Assembly: GCA_051294905.1 (NCBI GenBank)
Contig: CM119381.1
Coordinates: forward strand, 11,160,001 to 11,224,000
DNA: 64,000 bases
Direction of reading: 5' to 3'
Origin: Botryllus schlosseri
Lineage: Eukaryota
Position numbers and translations under genes: made by a program. This document shows positions 10,548 to 64,000 of this stretch, piece by piece; position 1 is the stretch's first letter, and the number at the start of each line of letters is the position of its first letter. Under the pieces are notes generated by a model. It did not search any database, was not told where the DNA came from, and worked only from the letters and a program-made list of their open reading frames with translations.

Positions 10548-11479
10548 CAGTGTTGGGATCAAGTCACCACCTTCGAGTCATTGTACATTTTGACTCGAGT
10601 CAAGTCAAGTCACTCGATTTTCAAAGGTGACTCGAGTCAAGTCAAGTCACTCGATATTTGGAGGTGACTCGAGTCAAGTCAAGTCAAGTCACGAGTCAAG
10701 TCACAATTCAAGTCAAGTCGCATTTTCCAAGTATGAGGCATTCATACGTCATTGCATTTTGCTAGTTGTCTGAAATACAGATTGAATGGTCATTGAGTCT
10801 GAACCTATGAACGAATATAGAGTTAAATATAAACTCCCGGGGCGATTAATTGCTCACATATACATGGAAATGCTCAATTACGTAATAAGTAATTGCATAG
10901 CATCGGATTAGTTACTAGCCAAAATAGAGAATACAGAAACGAATTGATAAGGTGCAATACATTACCCATTTACAAATTGATATGATACAATTCCAGCTTG
11001 CGCCAATTGTTAAGGACAATATAAACTATATTATAATTCAATTTCAATAAAACAAGAGGTTTGGTTAAGGTAAGAACAGAGAAGAGAAATAAACATTTTA
11101 CTATTAAATTACGTCACTATGCTAGTTTGTGACAACGTAAGCTGTAATCTTCGATCACTTCGTTTGCGATCAATTTATTTATGAGAGAACAATGAAGACT
11201 CATTAAAACGCACGATCATTGTAAGATTGGTCGCTCTCACGGGCTGCACCAGCGTTTCGCGTACAATCCGAACATATGCAAGATACAGTGATTTGAATCG
11301 ACATCGATTGCTTGATGACTCGAAATTGACTCGTGAATTCTGCTCCGAGTCACGAGTCAATCCACATTTCTGATACGCCGAGTCAAGTCAATTCATTTTA
11401 GCGAATTGACTCGAGTCAAGACAAGTCATACGAAAAAGGTGACTCGAGTCAAGTCATGACTCGAGCCATCCAAACACTG
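10548..11479. mobile_element. hAT MITE with GAGTCAAGTC subterminal repeats
   Basis: TIRs cagtgttgg / ccaaacactg. 8-bp TSD atttctat at 10540-10547 and 11480-11487. Confidence 0.9.
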
Positions 11480-12313
11480 ATTTCTATTGATCAGTTCGTG
11501 ATCTCCGCCCATATTGCTCTTGCTACAGTTACAGTTGAATAATAATCGCTTATTAAAAGATTGAATTGAGGTGTATGGCTTAATCTTAACGAGTACAGTG
11601 CCAGTGTTAAAATACCGCATCAGAATTTTCATACTGTACACAGCAATGGCATGGAGTAAAGTGCGTTCTAGTGCAACTGTGATTGTAAGATCTGTCCCAC
11701 CAGGGTGCCAGTAATCTTCCCGCGCAAACCTGCTCCTAACCTCATTTCCCACGACCTTAATCTTATATCGATAAAGTAGTCTGCGAAGCACGTGCTTTGA
11801 GAGATCGCCAGTGTAGCGCCGTAGCGGGCGTGCTCGCGCTTAAGTCATAGAGTCGTATACAGACAATTAGATACATCTAACTGTGTTCTTTCTATTTTCG
11901 TTAATATATTGCAGTATGATTTGATCCTGATAAATCTACAAGTTTCTGACCACTAATTACTACTATTTGGCTGTTCTGTGCTATAAAAGAAAGCTCCTTG
12001 GATCTGCGTGTGTGATCAGGATTGCCAGAGTACTCAGAGCGGTCATTAGTCAGTCAACTAGTGCGTACAACGGGAACTGTAGCTGTAGCGTCGACTCCAA
12101 TCAAGCACTATACCAGCGTGTCTTGCAACAAGTCGTTGCAGCGACCGCTACAGTGATGTTATCGACAATTGACAAGTATTCATTATGACGTCACAAGCCG
12201 ACACGGCGGCACCCATGTCTTCGTTGCTGCATTCCGATGTTACTGACGGCTGACAGACTCTACATTACTGTATAGATAACTAACCCATGGGTAAATTAGT
12301 AATCTATATAGAC

Positions 12314-12988
12314 CAGTGGTGGCTAACCTTTTCGGCTAAAGGGCCACATGGAATTGACGTGCGCTGCCACTAGACGCGCCAGGTGCATAAAATTTTCAAA
12401 GTTAATATTATTATTACTTGGATATATTGCGGGTCGACTGTATACCGCCCGCTGCGTTCAGTTTGCAAGGACAGGAATATTCGGCATCTGGACATATCGA
12501 TATCGAAGATTTCCGCTAATATACGACAATCATTTTGTGCCTACATTTCATCGTCGACGATCTTTCTGCGAGCCTAATTTCTCTCGTAATTGCGAATATT
12601 ATAGTTAGACTCAATCGGCTAAATCAGGCGAATTTTTCATTTTCAGGAGGGGTAGGCTACAAATCAAGAAATCGTGTGACAATTAAACACGCGAAGCGTG
12701 AAGAAAAATTTTATTACTCTTTTAGTTTATTGTAACGTACGACGATTCACTAACAATGTGACTGGACCCTGGATCTGCCAATGCGTATGAACTGATATTT
12801 TAGTCATCAACATCCCAAGTGCCAGACGAATCATAATTTTGGTTGGTCTTGCAAGTTCACAATCTGAGCAATTCAAGTTCGATAATATAACAGGATTTCG
12901 ATAATATAATGGGAAATTAGCTCGCGGGCTACTCAAAACCTTCTCGCGGGCCGCATATGCCCCGCAGACCGCGGGTTGCCCACCCCTG
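12314..12988. mobile_element. Charlie-like hAT MITE
   Basis: TIRs cagtggtggctaacc / ggttgcccacccctg, plus a typical gcgggccgca subterminal motif. The TSD is not conserved. Confidence 0.65.
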
Positions 12989-13626
12989 ATGACCTTCGAT
13001 AGTTTTCAGAGCCGTAGCCGGACCGAGCTGGAGCCCGAGCAGTGGTAATAATGCGGCTCCGGAGCTGGAGCCGGAGCTAGTGTATGATAGAAGAAAGCGC
13101 CGGAGCTGGAGCAATGCAAATTTACGGCTGCTCCAAAGCCCTGCTCATAACTAATTCGTAATTATCGCATGCTAGAGGAATTTATGAGTCACGGAAAGCC
13201 CGTATCATAATTGATTGTAAATAACACGCATAAAGGTAGGTTCTGATTTCGTGAAACTATGTTTATGGCGCAACAAAAGATGCTTTTCGATATTGGATAT
13301 CTCTTGAGAAACATATTTTATATTTTTAATTTTATTTCAACATTTTTGGATGAAATTATTTTCATTTCAACTTCGGACCACTATGTGCATTTCACTGGCA
13401 ACACGGAATGAAATTCAGGACTAAACACCCTGCCAATTTCAAGAATTTTGTTTGCCGTGTTAGAAAAGTTTGATTCCGATATTCAGTTTTTATGTTTGTA
13501 ACACTTAATCCATCACATCAGGGATGTCAAGGAAGCTGCCTGGGGCTCCGATTCGGTTTTCTAAGTCATGGTGAGTAGAGTAAATAAAAACAACAGTCCT
13601 TCAACAAATTTCTAGTGGGTCGCAAT

Positions 13627-13820
13627 CAATGTTCCCTTTAATTTTTGGCGAGTCTGCGCACACTCGCCAACTTACTGCGCAGACCCTTGGACAACAGTGC
13701 GAAACGACGAAAAAAAAGGTAATCACTTCTGCTTTCTTGTGCGCAACTTAGATTTTCTGTGCGCAGAGACCGTGTCAGCACTGCGCATTTGCGCACGTGC
13801 GCAGCTTAGAGAAAACCTAG
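13627..13820. mobile_element. Short hAT MITE (194 bp)
   Basis: 8-bp TSD gtcgcaat at 13619-13626 and 13821-13828. Imperfect TIRs caatgttccctttaa / ttagagaaaacctag. Internal gcgca repeats. Confidence 0.8.
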
Positions 13821-14364
13821 GTCGCAATCAAACTAGAGCTGACAAGCCCTGCTATGTATCATACCCTTCTCGTTCCGCCAATAATCTGCGACATGAACGC
13901 AAACCCCCATATAAAGTAAGAACTGCAATTGTTCAATGTTTTTATACAGAGAATTCACTCGAAGAGGTATATACATATATATTTCATAATTGCGGAATAA
14001 AGAAGAACTTGTATTAGCCGACTGCGCGTCTAGGCTACGTAAGTGAATAAATATAAACACGGATTTATAGTGGCAGGTAGAGCTGGGAAATATCGGGTAC
14101 CTCACTGATTGATTCGATTCTACCGCGTTAGTATCGTTATAGCGTCATAATATTATCGATCACGTGGAAAGTTCAAATATTTACCTTTTTTGCAAACACA
14201 AAGAAAATAATGCCAGTTCTACACCACATTAAGATAATGTGGTATTTTTTCAACCATACCTATTTCGTTGTAGTCGTTTTGGATGCTGTTATCCGACCAA
14301 ATGAGGATCCACTGGTATCCGAATTGTGACAAAGCATCAATTCTAGACTTTTAATGGAAAGGGT

Positions 14365-14465
14365 TGTGTAATTTTATTACTCGAACAAATAGTACGTCAC
14401 TCGAATCATCACAATTGATACTCGATTTGAATTCGAGTACACTCGAATCATTGTGTCCACCCCTA
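14365..14465. mobile_element. Right-end fragment related to the 9432-10484 MITE family
   Basis: tactcgatttgaattcgagtacactcgaatcattgtgtccaccccta matches the end of copy 1. Confidence 0.55.
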
Positions 14466-14710
14466 ATACTGTTTCGGCTATTGCATCCTGTTTGTATAGT
14501 AGGCCTATACAGAACTGCGGATACGGACAAGTGCTCATTTCTAGCTATAATTGCACAGGGTGATGGAGCTCTACGTAAGGCTGTGATGATTCATTACAGT
14601 GTAGGTGGCATGGAATATTTGAAGCGTGGTGTAACAGTACTGCGTATAGAGTCGTAGATTACTAATCAAAAATAAATGAGCTTCGAAGGACGTAGGGCAG
14701 AGATTTTTGG

Positions 14711-17700
14711 TCACGCATTGGTAGCTCCGGGTACAGGCAGTTGTAAGGTCGATTTCTCCAACGTTTGACTGTCCGACGAACTCTCGCTTGAGCGATTAGG
14801 GAGAGTTTTTCGAGTCTTATCTGATTCAAATGAAGGCTCTTTAGTGACACCATGTACGGACTCCAAACCAACTGTAGATGGACCTGTTTTGTAGGAAGAC
14901 CCAGACGGGAAGAAGTTTTCCACGCTTGTACCTCTTTTCATCAAGGCCGTTTTGATATCCGGCATCAGTCTGGTGGAGCCTAATTCTCCCAGGACTTCTA
15001 CAATAGCTCCGCTAGGAAGACGTAGGAAATGTCTGTACAATTCCCTCAAGCCGTCAAGATGAAGAGTATGAATCGACAGGTGAGTGGTGATTTCTTGCCT
15101 CGTAGTCGCGTCTTCATCCTCCGTCTCCTCTCCCCAAATATAATCGTAAACAGTCACTTTTCGTCTCTCCCCGTCTGCACCTCTCCATTGCTCGGCCTTT
15201 TTCACAATGTAAGCAAGCTCTTGAATGCTGATTTCAAGATCAAAAGGTACGAAAAACACTTCCTCTTCGCCATGCAACCGATGGAATATGTCCAACATCC
15301 TGCCGTTGTTATGCAATTTCAGGAAGTAAAGATAAAGAATCACTATCGATACGAACATCAGCAGGGCGTACAGATAGATTGTCAACGGTACGCCAATCAC
15401 TCCGGAACCTTGCGTTTGGTAAAAGTGCCAGTACAACTTATAAGCATCTCCGATTGGTTGAGTAGCGCTAAATTGGTATCTCCCCAAAGCGGAATCGACG
15501 ATCAGAATTGCTATAGGGTCGAACGCAGTCCACAAGGCATACATCATTATAAATTTCGAGAACAGCGGTGGAAATGACCCGATAGTCATCTGACTGACCC
15601 AGGACACCAACACGAATAGGACCAAGATCAGAATATTCGCGACTGGCCCAAGCACGACCACGCCTATCACCTCACCCGTGCGGAGCAAATCAGCTTGGTA
15701 GTTGAGATCCACTGTATACGGATAGAAGACGAACGCGTTGACGGGGATGGATATTGCTTGCAGAAACAGCCATTGTCCGCAGTAATGGACGTACAAACGA
15801 ACGAACCATATCAACGCCACCAGGAGCATGAGCACCCAAAATTCCCTTGTTCGCCACTGCGAAAATCCCATTTCCGACAAAAACATTCTTCTTACATAGT
15901 CTGCACGTTCGTGGCCCGTAGACTGCACCTGACCTTTGGTAGAGAATGGTTTCTGCACAGCAAAGCTGTGCCTTTCCAGGTCCTCCAAATAAGTAAGCTT
16001 TGGTTTCGGGGTCTTTGCATCCAGCACAGCTGTGTGGGGAATCAATTTCGCTGCTCGCTTAGCATTGTAATCTTCCACCGGGTTTTCGAAATGAACTTTG
16101 TAATACATTCCCTTCTCGTTTTTGACTGTCATGAATTGACCATCATCAATTGTACCAGATTTGCTGGCGATGTCACTGTCTTCGTCGGATGACGAGTCGT
16201 AACCCAGTTTGCTTGCTTTGCCGGAAGATGAGAGACGGCTTTTCCCGCGATACCTTATGCTCGACCGTTTACCAGTTTCGTCCGAGTATGAAGCTGATTT
16301 CAATTCACTTGACGATGCGTTGCTTTTCTCCAAAGTGCCCGTCATGTTCAAACTCAAGTTGGAAGCAGAACGTATTGACTCAGCGCCCGATACTGATTTT
16401 GCATCAGAGCGTTCCGGAGCTTCTTCTCCGTCTATTGCATCTTCTGCGTCTAACAATCTGTCCGGATAGCTGAGCAATCCGGAGCTAAACTGCAATTCAA
16501 CTTCATACTCTTTCTGCCCGGAAAGGTACCTGGGAAGTCTCACTATTTGAAAGTAGACGTTCGCCAACCAATGGTCAAGATCTGTAGCCACCAATTCTTC
16601 GATCAGTCCGTGTCTGTCGATTCTGGTGTCGATGTGCCCGCGTAACATGGGAGACTTGTAATGTCCTTGTACGATGTCGAATTGGCCATCGCATATCGGG
16701 AAGCAAGACCAGGCTACAACTCTGTCGGTGGGTGTTACAGCGCCTCGAAGCAGGAATAGTTCGAATATTAAAACCATACCTGGCCTTACTTCGTCTTTAG
16801 AGGGCACTACAGTGAAGACACTTTGGTCCAAATGGATCTGAGATGATGAAAACTTTCCATCGTGGTACACCGGTAACGTTGATCCTCCCCATTGCTGCCC
16901 AGTCATACGAGACCATCTCATTACATGACCTCCCAATCTGTCATATAGGGACACCATGATGGCGTATCGACCGCCGGGGATTTTGTCCCTCAATCCGCGA
17001 ACGCACTTCAGTTTGACTTGGATAGGCTGAGGCGTTTTTGACCACTCTAGCCTCCACCGTCTTCCTTTGCTACCTCCATATTGATCATCTGCAAAAGTGA
17101 GATCGCCGTATAACGACTTTATTTCACCTTTACGCTCATCGAGGGCTTGTGCGAGTTGACTTTCGGATTTCCTGAAGGCGATTTGTAATCTCTCCTGGTA
17201 CAGACGTTCTCTTTGACCAAGCAAGGCTTCCCTTCTCATTATTTCTTGTTTTTGACGCTGAAGCTCCACCAATAAACGCTCCTTGGCCGTTTCCTCTTTT
17301 TCTGCAATCTCCATCTTTCTTTGTTGCTGCTCTTCAGCAAGATACTTGGTGTAGGCGACATGCTCTTCTCGTAGTCTGAGCTCCTCTTGCTGAATCTCCT
17401 CGATTGAAACCGGAGCTAGCATAACCACGTCATTTTTGATTTCGTCCTCAAACTCATCAAGATATTGCGGTACTGCGCTAGTCTCAATTTCGGTGCGCAG
17501 AGAGGTCAGCTTCGAATCATACTTATCGTGAACATCTTTATTTTCCGGAGCCTCCGAACTTTCGATTTCTTCGAATTGTTTGAGAAATTGGTCTAAGTTA
17601 TGGTTCTGCTCTGGGGCATCAAACCAATCTTCTTTGTCGATATCAGATTCGTTCTCCATGTCAGTATCGACAGGCAGCTCTGGCGATTGAGGCTGTAGTG

Positions 17701-17830
17701 GTCGCAGTGATGTTTGTGATACAGAAGGCGTTCCCAAGGTATTGGTTTCGTTTTCAATGGTTACACTCCCACTACCAGGCGGTGAAGTAGCGGGAATAGG
17801 GTTCTCTATTCCCTCCCCAATCGCATCCAT
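14711..17830 (-). CDS. OFCC1: OFCC1/ojoplano-like multi-pass membrane protein, single coding exon (1039 aa)
   Basis: Uninterrupted ORF with ccaaaATG context. Acidic N-terminus and coiled coil. Conserved block WSKTPQPIQVKLKCVRGLRDKIPGGRY...LYDRLGGHVMRWS...RPGMVLIFELFLLRG. Four hydrophobic segments in the C-terminal half. The family call is from recall, not a search. Confidence 0.7.
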   Translation of the reverse strand: MDAIGEGIENPIPATSPPGSGSVTIENETNTLGTPSVSQTSLRPLQPQSPELPVDTDMENESDIDKEDWFDAPEQNHNLDQFLKQFEEIESSEAPENKDVHDKYDSKLTSLRTEIETSAVPQYLDEFEDEIKNDVVMLAPVSIEEIQQEELRLREEHVAYTKYLAEEQQQRKMEIAEKEETAKERLLVELQRQKQEIMRREALLGQRERLYQERLQIAFRKSESQLAQALDERKGEIKSLYGDLTFADDQYGGSKGRRWRLEWSKTPQPIQVKLKCVRGLRDKIPGGRYAIMVSLYDRLGGHVMRWSRMTGQQWGGSTLPVYHDGKFSSSQIHLDQSVFTVVPSKDEVRPGMVLIFELFLLRGAVTPTDRVVAWSCFPICDGQFDIVQGHYKSPMLRGHIDTRIDRHGLIEELVATDLDHWLANVYFQIVRLPRYLSGQKEYEVELQFSSGLLSYPDRLLDAEDAIDGEEAPERSDAKSVSGAESIRSASNLSLNMTGTLEKSNASSSELKSASYSDETGKRSSIRYRGKSRLSSSGKASKLGYDSSSDEDSDIASKSGTIDDGQFMTVKNEKGMYYKVHFENPVEDYNAKRAAKLIPHTAVLDAKTPKPKLTYLEDLERHSFAVQKPFSTKGQVQSTGHERADYVRRMFLSEMGFSQWRTREFWVLMLLVALIWFVRLYVHYCGQWLFLQAISIPVNAFVFYPYTVDLNYQADLLRTGEVIGVVVLGPVANILILVLFVLVSWVSQMTIGSFPPLFSKFIMMYALWTAFDPIAILIVDSALGRYQFSATQPIGDAYKLYWHFYQTQGSGVIGVPLTIYLYALLMFVSIVILYLYFLKLHNNGRMLDIFHRLHGEEEVFFVPFDLEISIQELAYIVKKAEQWRGADGERRKVTVYDYIWGEETEDEDATTRQEITTHLSIHTLHLDGLRELYRHFLRLPSGAIVEVLGELGSTRLMPDIKTALMKRGTSVENFFPSGSSYKTGPSTVGLESVHGVTKEPSFESDKTRKTLPNRSSESSSDSQTLEKSTLQLPVPGATNA

Positions 17831-20640
17831 TTTGGATGTGATTGTAAAGTTAGGTATTACCTACAGAGGCTATAGTTGCCTGAAATAAGAAGGGACTGTC
17901 GTTAAAAGTTTAAATCCTAAGCATACAGGATGTGAGAATCTTGAAATCGTCAAGATTCTGTCAAAGCCAAATTTCACTGTCCCGTATATTTGAACGACAT
18001 TATCTCACTTCTGCATCGAAAGCGCATAAGTTCAACACTCGTGCGTCTTTGCCGTCGCATTACCGCGTGATCAGCAGGAAATACAAGAAAACGCACAACC
18101 ACACGAATTACGACTGTGGAACAGTAATTCGTTCGTCGCAATCCTATAATCCCCAAGCATATGCCCACATTCAAGATGAAGCACATAATCTCCAGAAAGG
18201 ATACTAGTCTGCACGGTGCACACGACGGAGCAGGGAGCACGATCTGACGTAGGCTACCTATATTGCCAACCAATAGGTAGCCTACGGATAGGTCTTAAAA
18301 AAAGAATGACAAGCATCACCACGCTTGAATACAAACGCTGTTGAATGATGCTTGTGGAGTTGTCGACAGTGTCGCAATTGGTCAAATTAATTTTTGCTGT
18401 TGCTCGCCACGTTAACTCAATTTAAACGTTCTTGTTAGGCAGCGAGTAGGACGAACATGACCCGGCTAAGTAAGAATACAAGGACATTGAATGAAAAATA
18501 GCCAGGAAAAAGCTCATCAGCTTGGGCAAATTACCGAAAGTCCAAAATTGTTTCACCTAACAGTGGACGACACGAAGTAGGGCGATTTCTACACCATGTT
18601 CCGCCGCGTTATAATCAGAGCCTGGATGGAGGCAGAAATAGAAGTCAGATGTCATTTTTCGGGTTCGGGCACGACGTTGGCAAATATTTCCGGCGTTAAA
18701 ATGAGTGATCATTGAACTAATCAACCGTATGAATTCGTACTAGTGCTCGGTAAAATAAGGCAACAAAAATCAAGTGTCGGGCGCCGAGGTGATGTATGTT
18801 CGCGGCCTGACTCCACAACTGACAGGATAGTTGAAATGGTCGGGAAAAACTAGACTCAGCCCTAATTTCCAACTGACCGATATTCCACATCGATGTATAG
18901 AAAGCTGGCGAGCGAGGATATGGGGCTAATAGGCAATATATCGCGTCTGCCTGTAATCGATAAACCAACAGCGCGACGCCACGTTAAAACTATAAAACAT
19001 GATTTTCATATAAGGCAAGAAGATTGTAAAGAATACTGTAAATTAGCGTAACTACTGCTGTATGAGCTGGATGGATGTCTTGACCTCCGGCGAAGCCCTG
19101 AGACTGGGTCAGCCCTGTGGAGTCGCTTGCGATTAAGAATCACACAGTACTATTAAAAATGACTAAGATGAACTGACACCAACTTGGTACTCTGGCCTAC
19201 CTAAATAGGTCTGCGATCTACTACTGCTCTATGTTAGCCATTAGCATTTGGCGTTGTCGTAAATCCTCAATTATTTTAAGCAAATACCCTAGGATTGATG
19301 TATGAATGGTAATATACTCACGTCGTAACAAATCCGCACTGCTCGCTATTACCAATCTAGCTTCGAGATGTGCATTGTGCAATTGTGTTGTACATTTAGC
19401 GTACATTATTCATATTGAAATGTACATTTACGATTTTGGCGATTCATTACGAATATTAATAAAGTGCAGGTGTTCCATGCTCGAAGTTAAATATCGGAGT
19501 TCTAATACATTGGAATTGAAAGTATTCAACTGGATAAATTATTCCAGCATCAAGAATTCGTTTCGCGAAAAAATCTTCCCGGATACCTAATTATGAGGTT
19601 TGAATAACGGAATATGCGTTACTCCATTTCATACGTCATTTCAGTTGTTGCCTCTTCTGCTAATTTAAGGACGTCTTTACCTTGCATCCAAGGCGAAATA
19701 CTATCAGTTGCTGTCGATTAAATACTACCTTATTACAACACTATCGCAATTTGTAGAACAAAACTATTATTATTATTAGACTTCATAAAGTAACTTTGAT
19801 GCCTTTTTATTTCTTGAATGTTCCGATGTTGTGAGGTGATAAAAGAGATATAAATGAACCAACTCTTCTCTCTCGGCTTAGCACGTCATAATCAGCCTGT
19901 CTTTTATTTTCGTCCGCTCAAGACACACTTTGATTGCACTTATCGTACTTTACTATCTCGACCGTCCAATCTCTCAATACTATTCTGAAATGCGACAAGC
20001 ACACAATTGCATGGAAACTGTGAGCGATACTATATACTCAGTGAGGCTCTACCCAGTCGAATCAACTGTAGACGCTATACTTCAGGCTCAAGAATGGAAT
20101 CCGGCACTTCAGAAATGTATAGCTTGAGCACAATATTGACACAGACAATGACGACAAAGCACGTCAACAAAGCGACGCGATTCGATAGAACTCATAAAAT
20201 ATCCTTCGTCTTTTGACGGTTTCCTTGGAGATAATCGTCAACACCAATAAACCAAGCGATATTGTCGGATTCTGTAAACTAGGGCCAATTACATTGAATA
20301 GCTTTGCTATTGCCCAACGCTATTTTGCCCGCAACTAATAATAATTGACCTGACTTGAGGTTGCGTTAACGAATCTACCATTCAACAAAAGGCGGGCTGT
20401 GGAGCCAACAATGATACGTATAATTGGTCGACCATACAATGTATAATACCTCGTAACACGATGACGGCTACTATCCTGGCACCTGCCTATTTATTTACAA
20501 AGAATACATACCCACGAATGGTTTGTTATAGAATAGTATATTGTTCTTTCACCGAATGATAATGGCTTGTATATTTATATCAACATGTAAGGAGGCTTTC
20601 AAAATCATGTCCAGTTTCAAGGCGGCGATGGTCAGAAACA

Positions 20641-63096
<42,456 letters not shown>

Positions 63097-63451
63097 CTGA
63101 AACGATACAAAACGAATGAAAAATGAAGCAACATTGTGCAACTGGAAGTTCGGAGAAGACAATTGAGTATTCCAAAACAACATATAAGATTATAAGTGGA
63201 ATATTGTGTCGCATCGGCCAATTGTATACCAAAATACACAAACTAAAATATTACAATTGACTCGAAATTGATTCAGTATCAGAATATAGTAAATATTAAA
63301 TAGAACACTAGCTTGTGCTCGAGATTACCGAACCACGATATGACTTATCTATTTTGCCTATCGACACTTGATTTTCATTGTTTGTCCATTTTATGTTATC
63401 TTCATCTACTATTAATTCAGGATGCACGATTCTCATTTACACGTTCTAGGC

Positions 63452-63839
63452 CAGTGGTTCTCAACCTTTTTCGACTCGTCGTCCCTTTATCAAGCTAGTC
63501 AAATATTTATCGATCCCCATATTTTCGGATCTGAGGAAGAGGACATATAAACGGAAAAATTGTACAGCTGACTCTGATCTCTGATAAATAGAGTAAAAAA
63601 AGGTCAACTTGACTCCGCGATCCCTGAAAATCCCGGCACCTGGGGATAGTTTGTGGCGAGTGCACCGTTGTTTTAGTTAACTTGCGGCAGTTCCAGACTA
63701 ACCCGTTTTTCATGTGTATTTTGTGCCAGTATGCGGTTGCTGGATGATTAAATATATTCGACTGAACATTCAAACATGTTCACCCCCTTCGTACGTTTTC
63801 GCCCCCGTTTCTCAAAATCGATCACCTTGGGAATCACTA
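63452..63839. mobile_element. Charlie-like hAT MITE
   Basis: Left TIR cagtggttctcaacc. Degenerate right TIR ccttgggaatcacta. Flanks ttctaggc / ttcctggc match 6 of 8. Confidence 0.6.
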
Positions 63840-64000
63840 TTCCTGGCCAAGGTGGGTGTTTGATTGAAAGACTACTCTATGTAGCTTTCACTCATTCCTA
63901 GCTTTTTATTTTATCATAATCTTGTCATGTAGTCATATGATGTTATTAATAAACTGAACTGAACTGCAGCTTCAATACAAATGATTAGAAATTTTCAGTG

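Larger units (their letters stand above)
8131..13143. mobile_element. Non-autonomous hAT element carrying nested insertions
   Basis: 14-bp TIRs cagggctttggagc / gctccaaagccctg. 8-bp TSD ctcataac at 8123-8130 and 13144-13151. ggagcc subterminal repeats at both ends. Confidence 0.9.

Noticed and set aside
10560-10720. CRISPR-like short repeats (GAGTCAAGTC; also ATTACA arrays at 28290-28450 and 29690-29845)
   Set aside because: Irregular subterminal repeats of TSD-flanked MITEs in a eukaryotic context, with no spacers or cas genes.
11426-11791. 121-aa ORF as residual transposase of the outer hAT
   Set aside because: No recognisable hAT motifs, and it overlaps a MITE end.
13519-13851. Possible outer MITE around the 194-bp element (cagggatgtca / tgacaagccctg)
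   Set aside because: Weak TIR match and the flanks do not form a TSD.
15029-16473. Plus-strand ORFs of 86-182 aa
   Set aside because: Antisense shadows of the OFCC1-like coding sequence.
18590-19150. CpG-richer stretch upstream of the OFCC1-like gene as a promoter or ncRNA
   Set aside because: No definable motif or structure that I can support from sequence alone.

Overview
Eukaryotic (metazoan) genomic DNA. A tunicate-like invertebrate is inferred from the many 55-65 nt introns and the gene content, but this is not proven. (1) 1-14.5 kb is a transposon-dense block. It holds a hAT deletion derivative (1068-2188), a very young non-autonomous BEL/Pao LTR element (2780-7470, LTRs identical as far as read by eye, pol collapsed), and a 5-kb hAT shell (8131-13143) containing a tRNA-SINE and four MITEs. 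(2) 14711-17830 (-) is an intronless 1039-aa four-TM gene resembling OFCC1/ojoplano. (3) 20641 to beyond 63096 (-) is one giant multi-exon gene, reconstructed by hand as about 82 phase-consistent GT-AG exons and about 4,240 codons; its 5' end lies outside the window. Its order is Calx-beta, VWD-C8-TIL-TILa x2, VWA-EGF-VWA-EGF-VWA, WxxW x9, acidic linker, Calx-beta x2, VWD-C8-TIL-TILa x2, VWA-EGF-VWA-EGF-VWA, RGD + WxxW, Ser/Arg-rich tail. The WxxW array contains a near-identical 4108-bp tandem duplication. The introns carry a LINE, a SINE and MITEs, one of which duplicated a splice donor. Domain names come from motif recognition, not database searches.
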